Source of the DNA: Octopus vulgaris
Lineage: Eukaryota
Assembly: GCA_951406725.2 (NCBI GenBank)
Contig: OX597832.1
Span: forward strand, 10,912,001 to 10,976,000
Length of the DNA: 64,000 nucleotides
Direction: 5' to 3'
Below the pieces are notes generated by a model. That model did not search any database. It saw only the letters and a list, made by a program, of their open reading frames with translations, and had not been told where the DNA came from. Every line of letters starts with the position of its first letter. The stretch's first letter is position 1. The position numbers were made by a program, and so were the translations under genes. Below, piece after piece: positions 55,856 to 64,000 of the stretch.

Positions 55856-56264
55856 CTCTCTTTTACTCTTTTACTTGTTTCAGTCATTTGACTGCGGCCA
55901 TGCTGGAGCACCGCCTTTAGTCGAGCAAATCGACCCCGGGACTTATTCTTTGTAAGCCCTGTACTTATTCTATCGGTCTCTTTTTGCCGAACCGCTAAGT
56001 GACGGGGACATAAAGACACCAGTATTGGTTGTCAAGCAATGCTTGGGGGACAAACACAGACACACGAACATACACGCACATATATATATATACATATATA
56101 CGACAGGCTTCTTTCAGTTTCCGTCTACAAAATCCACTCACAAGGCTTTGGTCGGCCCGAGGCAATAGTAGAAGGCACTTGCCCAAAGTGCCACGCAGTG
56201 GGGCTGAACCCGGAACCATGTGGTTGGTAAGCAAGCTACTTACCACACAGCCACTCCTGCGCCT
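55856..56264 (-). mobile_element. Main SINE family, full-length young copy
   Basis: Complete from the (TTACTCT)n tail to ACCACACAGCCACTCCTGCGCC. Confidence 0.94.
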
Positions 56265-56604
56265 ATTTACAAAGTTAATGATCCCATGAGAATTATACAT
56301 TGAATTGACTTTGCAAATATATTAAAATATCTGTTAATCAAAATGAAATCCAGGAAGAATGACTAGAACGTGTGATCCTTGATATCAATGTATTTCATAC
56401 GTGATGGAGATAATAAATTTAAACATGGACATTTCCCTTTCTGACTTGGTCATTTTTATTGTTTAAGTTACTGGTAAGAGCTGGACACTTTACCCTTACT
56501 ATTATGGAAGTCTATGATACCAAGAAGAGAAGCTGCAACTTTCGATACAGCTAATCCGAATATAAAAAATACAGAGCTGACCATGAAATATTTGTATTCA
56601 TATA

Positions 56605-56775
56605 GGCGTAGGAGTGACTGTCTGGTAAGTAGCTTGCTTACCAACCACATGGTTCCGGGTTCAGTTCCACTGCGTGGCACCTTGGGCAAGTATCTTCTAC
56701 TATAGCCTCGGGCCGACCAAAGCCTTGTGAGTGGATTTCGTAGACGGAAACTGAAAGAAGCCTGCCGTATATATG

Positions 56776-56838
<63 letters not shown>

Positions 56839-57020
56839 ATGTGCTTGTGTGTGTGTGTACCTCCAACATCGCTTGACAACCGATGCTGGTGTGTTTACGT
56901 CACCGTCACTTAGCTGTTCGTCAAAAGAGACCGATAGAATAAGTACTAGGCTAACAAATAATTTGCTCGACTAAAGGCGATGCTCCAATATGTGCACAGT
57001 AAAAAGAGTAAAGAGTAAAA
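56605..57020 (+). mobile_element. Main SINE family, near full-length copy
   Basis: GGCGTAGGAGTGACTG...CCACATGGTTCCGGGTTCAG...internal (TA)n(TG)n...GACTAAAGGCGATGCTCCA...AAAAGAGTAAAGAG. Confidence 0.92.
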
Positions 57021-60000
57021 CAGTATACTGTAGCAGGCTACCGCAAAAATTCTGATCAACATACAAACGACACTGATATTTCACTGCCTTATTCATAAAT
57101 GATTCTAGTTTAGGTATAATTCCAGTGACTTCGTGCAATATTAGTGGACGCGGTTGCCACAAATTCTTTCATGATTCCTTGACTTTCACCCCTCTTTACC
57201 TGAGAAGACAAAGTTGACCATCTTGAGATTTGGAATAAGAAATTAAAGAGCAAATCGAGGCAGAAGTAACTTTAGGTCATTTCTTAAAATACGCGAAAAA
57301 TTTTGCTAGATCTTACTAAAAAAATTGCTTAATATTAAAAGAAGCATGAGCTCACTGTGATAATTGAACTCAGCTTCAAACAATAAATATAACAATATTT
57401 TCTTACTGTTAATGGCATAAAACATAATTGATTCAGTTTATATGGTAACTAGACACATGTGTACCTCTTAAATCATCTGAAAAAGGCAATTATCTTTTTA
57501 AAATTGTTCAAAATTTATATACACGTTTTTTAAAATATTGAGACGGTTTTTGTAAAACAGTGTGCCCAGAGTAAACGTTGTTAAGCTGCTCGGACATTTT
57601 AAGAAGTAATTCTCAAAGACCAATCAATAATATCCAGTATCCATATTTAAGTATGAAAACATGTTTGCTAAAATTAATGAGGCAATAATATCAGTCTGCT
57701 GGTATTTAATAATTCCTTTGAATGCTTTTAATGCTTATGATATGCAAACAAACATAAGCTGATATAATGTGGTTTGATTACTATTGAGATATCGTTAAAA
57801 TTTATATACAAAACTTACAAAGATCAATAAGCGCTCTAATTAAACTAGGATTCCGTATGGTAATATATAATATACAACGATTAAATGTCTTTAATGAGAG
57901 AATCACTATGAAATTTAAATCAGTTTTATGAAAACTATTTCACACATATGGTGAACATACGTTAAATTATCAGTCAGAAGTTGAAATATATGATATACAT
58001 ACCCAAATTAGTTGTAACTCGGCGTAGACGTTCATCTGTCTCGAAACATACTTAGCAAATAAATAAAAAAATGTTGATTTATTACGTACGAAAAGCAACG
58101 CCACACAAATTTAAGATTACAATATAGTAAAACTATTAAATCATTCAAATCTATGCATTATATGTTTCATGAAAGGTGAAACGAGACGTCATATGAACCA
58201 AGCCAGCCGCTAAATGCATTAAAAAATGACATATTACAAATTCGATTCCCTCCGTATGTACATGTATACCTTCCTGTAATCTCCTTTAAACTCTGATTTC
58301 AATTTATATGAAAGAGTTTCAAGAACTTCTGGTAATCTTTTACTTGTAATCTTGTATTTTATGAACACGTCGTTGTCGATTGCTGACATCTTTCAACGAT
58401 ATTGAGAGCTCAGCACGAAACACTTTTCGATGTCATAAATTGTATATTACGGTTTCTGTTTACATATTTTCCACGGGTGTCATGCATTAAGTGTCCTAAA
58501 TTACTATTCTCGGATAGTATTGCGTGTTTTATCCGAGTACGGGTGTGAATCAGATGAAACAGGTTTTAAGTAAGACAGCAACTTTTGGTAGTGCTCAATG
58601 ATACATAACCAATTCATGATCAACTCATATAGCATTTATCTATGTTTTAGTATACCAATTTACTATATGAAAACTCTGTTACGTAACCAAATAAAAAAAG
58701 TTATTCGTGAGCGTAGCATTATGCTTTATGAGTTTTATTGACATCTTAATGCAAGCGAAGCTGGCAAAAATGATAGGTCACTTGATTAATTTGCAATAAA
58801 TTTAAGAAATTGAAGGATGCCGTTTGAAGAAATTAGATGAGGAAATATTAATTCTCATGATGAAGCTGGCTCAGAGCCATTGGTCGACAAAGCATGAGAG
58901 GCAAGGATTGCAAGGAATACAGCTACGACAAACGAGAATATTCCACTGTACTTAGTCTGAGCGTAATAACAATTTGAAGAGACAAGGAGAAGTTCCAAAC
59001 AGAAGATATATTTCTCCTGCTCTTTCGGCAGGAATTCATCAATAAAGGTCTGAATACTGTAAATCGTTCCATAAACGCTAAATCCAAGCACAGTAAAGGT
59101 GGATCATGACAGGAGAAGATAAATGGATTTTTACAGTAATCTACGTGGAAAAGGTTTGAGTCACACCCACTAGAGAAATTCCATCTAAATAAAATGTTCA
59201 TGAATGCTAGGTAGGGTACAGAACGTTGAGCGTCAAATCAAAGAATCATTGTTTGACAACAGCTTTTGATATAAAACCTCCTACATGAATAATTCACAAT
59301 GGATTTTATTTCATGAAGATAATGATCGATTATCTTGCACATACATTGTGCATACGTTGACTTTTAATGATTTGCACAAACATTGTGCAAGTCATTAAAA
59401 TATGTTCTGAAATCGTTTACGAATGCTGCAATATCCTCTGTATTCTATAGGCCTTGCTGCATCTGGAAAGCACTTATCTTTGCAATAGTATTTACACGGG
59501 GAGAATATGGGTAAAGGTATATTTCAATGATTTAGTTTCAAGATACAAAATGGACGAAATATATATATTTATTTAATTCAAGTTCTAAGCGACTTTCAAA
59601 TCCAGCATGTGTTAACATTCAGATAGATAGAGCGAAACGTTCCTGATTTTAAATAAAGAGAAACATAGTTAAGGATTGTTAAACGTAATCACTCTGTTAA
59701 TTCTCGAGTTATCCAGGCTACATGTTATTTGGATAACTTAAATTGATTTTGAAAACCTACATCAATTCGTATACTGTGAGTCTAGCTCATAAAGAGATAT
59801 CAACAATGATAAACATCTGACCTCGGTTTAAATGCCATTTACAGTCGTTCATATTTGTACCTATTTTATATTAAGATTACAGTTCTCCAGTTTGATTTAC
59901 TTATTTTTTTAACAAAAATGCGCTATATTAGACTTTAATTTTCCGACAGAATTATTTGTGTGACAGGAGTTATTAAGACTTACTGAAATTAAATTTTAAC

Positions 60001-63000
60001 TCTGAATTCACCACACAATCTTAACTAACAATTATAATAATTTCAATGATGCTAGTACTATTCATACATTATATAATCATGTGGCCACCAGCGTAAATCA
60101 AAGAAATTGTAACATATTACGGAGAGTGAATTCATTGCCCATATTACTATTCTGTCTCTGCAGTCGCTATTTAAATGTGCATAACGTAGGACCTTTTAAT
60201 TTTCTATGAGTCGACAGCGCTTTAAGATTTATACTGTAAGCTTTCATCTATTTTATTATAAATTTACTATTTGATTAAATCATTTACTATAGTCAACATG
60301 TATCAGTGTTTTATACACATTTTTTTCCATCCAAACCTGTTGTAATTTTACTAGAATTGCTCTTCTGACATGCATATACTAAAGTACAAAAACAGTAGAT
60401 ATTTATATACTTCACAACAAAAATATACATTGTTTTCTTCCAAATCCTTCCATAATAGCACAATACTACAATTCTTTCTATATGCAGTGATAGAAATAAT
60501 ATATATTACATCATTGATAATCCACAATATTCTTCAAAATGAGATTTTCAGTTTGTAAATTACATGCGTCGAACTACATCAACTTAGACGTAGCCCAGCT
60601 GCAAACGTATACATCGATTTCAGAGCATCTTCTACAGTCCAAAGCTACTCCAGAAGTGCGTCCCTGAGAAGCATGCAATATTTATCGTGATTCAGTTTGA
60701 GCAACTATCTTTGCAAAGCGGGGCCATATATCTTCCTTTTGAGAAACATGTGAGATCGATGCAGGAAAAATCTATCATCGCAACGCAATAAACATACTTG
60801 TTTTCCTTAGAATTCTCCTGGCAGATTTCATAACTCATTCCAGATATATCAGGGTATGGAGAGCTTATTTACTCACTATTTTCGGGTACGAGTTCAAGCT
60901 ATTATGGCACATTTCCCTATGACTTTCTAGAGTGTCTTTGCACCGGACCGATCTTGGAATGCGCATTAAGCTGACAAGCCGCTGCCCAACTTAAAGCAAA
61001 TAATCAACTTAGTGAAAAATATCCTGCGTCACGGTAGTTGATTTGATGACCTTTATGCAGGCTTAATAAATCTGCAGGAGCGTTGCATAGATCTGAGAGT
61101 GATCGTAAAGATCACAGCGGGATTATAGAGCACTGTATTCAAAATGAATACGAACAAGCAGTATGGGACTTATTGATGGACTGATTCAGTCTGTCGGCTA
61201 CCAGTGAGTCAGTCACGCACGCATTTCTATTAAACAGCACATTCGCAGCACGTACAGTCTGCAAGTTTGGATATTATATAACTTTAAGCTGAAGGAGACA
61301 TTCTTACATTATTTTTATTTAATCATATTATAGTTTAAATATATAATGCTTTAAATATGAAATGAATAATAAATGACTTCACAATATATTAGTTTGAAAA
61401 CACTTAGAATATACTTTGCTGAAATATATAATTTAACTTTATTCTAGAATAATTTTTCCGCTATAAATTTCCTTCCAAAAATATGTTTACTGTTTCATAA
61501 AATAGCAGTCCTTCATTAAAACGATAGTTTTTTTAATCAATTTATTCTCATATAATTTCAGCTCATAATTGCGTATGGGTCATAATGAAATATAGTCTCC
61601 CAGAATTATTAAAAGTTGATTTGATATTTCCTCCCGTAATACATTTACAAATATCCTACTTTTATTACTTAATTTTATAATGGCATTAATGGGCTTCGTC
61701 TCATTTCGTAATGATATTATACACTAAAATAATTGCAATAAATCAGGACTTAGTTTTGACAAATGTGAATAATTTTTATATAATTGACAATATATTTCAG
61801 AAAGCAGTAATGAAAACATCACATATGTTCAATTATTATACACAGACAATGAATTCACTGGGCCGTTTCTTTATGTATTTACATAATACATTTGCATTTA
61901 CATACATACTCTCACTTTCTCACACACTCGCACACACACACACACACTCGCGCACACACACACACACACACAATCACGCTCACAACTACACCCACACACT
62001 CACACATATATATAGGGATGAGAGTGTTTACTTTTCGAAATGTTAAACGTTACTAACGCAAAGCAGTAACATTTGTAATTTGATTTTGAAAGCCATTCTT
62101 GTGCAATAGTGTTATTAAGTTCTTCGAATTCTCATGGAAGCCTTCTTGATGAGATTTTCTGGTAAAAATCAAACAGCAGACAACTTGATTTTCTGTTGGA
62201 AAAAGAGAATTACGTATTTAATTTCACTGATATTTTGTGTGCAAAACTTAGATACTATGGCAATTGTCGATTTAATATATCGAAGTCCAGAAAGCTATTT
62301 TAGTCTATCGACATTATTGATTCTCAAGTAGAAATACTTTAGCTGAAATATGTTAATTTACATATCACCGATATGTTTAAAGTTATGATTTTACTGGCAA
62401 GCAGTATTTGAAAGTGCATTGTTATTTTTTCTTAATATGCAGAAAACATTTTAGATATTACAAATAATAATTGAGACATATTTTTCTTATATTTTCCTTT
62501 ATCATTATATCCAGAATATAAACCCAAGTGTAGGATAAAGCAAAGAAGTTATTTTGCATTATACTGCTTAATCTCCAGACACGTTTCTCCAGGAAATACA
62601 ATTATTTCCGTGTGAGACACATGTGAATTTTATATAATTTATGATTTTAAAATAAATATACTTAAATTACCAAACCTATGTTATTCTATTCTCACATATA
62701 CGGGTATATATAAATGTATATATTCCAAAAGGATTCTGTTTATGACATCCTCTAAGAACACAATCTTAAGATTAAATAAATTAGTATCCTCATAAGATTT
62801 ACATTACAATTTATGCGAAATTAATATATCGGAAGCATTTTATGCAATACTTCTGAACATAATATCCGTATTACCTCAACAAAGGTAGTTGTAGAAGAAC
62901 CAGTGGAAATACTAGGTATAGCTAATAAATATATTCAAAGCCGACAGTCAAACATGTTTCAAAACCTAAGCCCTTGGACATGTTTTCTCTTATGTGCGTA

Positions 63001-63139
63001 TCTTTAATGCCGCTCGAAAGATAACAACAACAAAAATACTTAGTATATAAATGCTAGCAATTATGTCAATTTCGACTCATTGAAAACTTCCCCAAACTAC
63101 TTTAAGACAGTTGCTTGTGCACACAAACTCACCTCCCCA

Positions 63140-63172
63140 CACTCACACACATATGCATACATATAGGCACAA

Positions 63173-63211
<39 letters not shown>

Positions 63212-63434
63212 TATATGTATATATATATGTATATATATGTATGTGTGTGTGCATGTGTGTGTAGATGAATATATGTTTGTACACCTATTTTTCTATGTGT
63301 GTATATACGTGTGTATATATATATAATTGTATGTGTATATATATGTATATATGTATGTGTATATATATGTATATATGTATATATATATATGTATATATAT
63401 GTATATGTATATATATGTATATATATGTATATGT

Positions 63435-63468
<34 letters not shown>

Positions 63469-63476
63469 ATATGTAT
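63140..63476. repeat. Compound (CA)n/(TA)n/(TATATG)n microsatellite
   Basis: Directly visible. Confidence 0.93.
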
Positions 63477-64000
63477 AACGATGTTTTCTATGTCTTCACT
63501 ACTAATTTTCACATTCCCCAGTCACTTTTATGAATTGAGGAAAGAATGTAGTCGTCAATATTGAAGTTTCTTTTCCAATGTCTTTCCCTGTAGGAGGCTA
63601 CGTATCAATGCGACATCAGATTATGTGTAATAAATATTTGTTTATAGATTAACACTTGGCAATATAATCATTTCAATTTCTCTGCGAACAATAAATTACA
63701 CACGTTTTTGTATGCTTTAAATTTATCATTTATAATCATTAACATCAATACCTACATTGACTCTTATAATGCAGAATAATTTACTTTCTATATTATCACA
63801 TAAAGTAGAAAAAAATGTCTTCCGTGTTATAATTAATTTCAGGTACATTTCTGATATTGTGTAAATGTTCTGGCACATAATAGAAAACAAAACAAGGGAA
63901 AATACATCATTATATTTATTTTACCATTCAAGGTTATGTGTGCCATACTCACGAGACTCAACAGGAATGGAATGGATTTGATTCAATGAATATAACGTTT

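Noticed and set aside
58800-59201. Overlapping 78-aa and 92-aa ORFs in moderately GC-richer sequence
   Set aside because: No recognisable family motif; probably a decayed TE, but I cannot support a call
60560-61270. GC-richer island with ILLADFITH, resembling the APE GDFN motif
   Set aside because: A single weak motif amid stops; insufficient evidence

Overview
AT-rich, microsatellite-dense eukaryotic DNA. It is most likely intronic or intergenic sequence from an octopod cephalopod (Octopus-like), judged from its SINE families. I cannot support any intact host protein-coding exon; nearly all long ORFs in the track are translations of (TA)n/(TG)n/(CA)n and trinucleotide tracts. The window holds about 12 copies of one tRNA-derived SINE with an internal microsatellite, several Nin-domain SINE relics, two other tRNA-headed SINEs, a hAT-Charlie MITE with TSD, an RTE-BovB 3' end with TSD, and decayed R4/Dong, CR1/L2-like and APE-endonuclease LINE fragments. 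The most interesting signal is RNA structure. Two apparently complete type I hammerhead ribozymes (23504-23589 + and 35714-35758 -) sit in short Penelope-pLTR-like cassettes next to (TA)n. Decayed hammerhead-like motifs also occur, including in a ~420-bp unit arranged as tandem plus inverted copies (12240-13385). Other observations are closely spaced inverted SINE pairs (candidate dsRNA/ADAR substrates), a pre-miRNA-sized hairpin, an old ~1.4-kb-period duplication with frame-preserving indels, and a TTAA-flanked 159-bp inverted-repeat element within a local tandem duplication. All calls were made by eye, and repeat boundaries are approximate.
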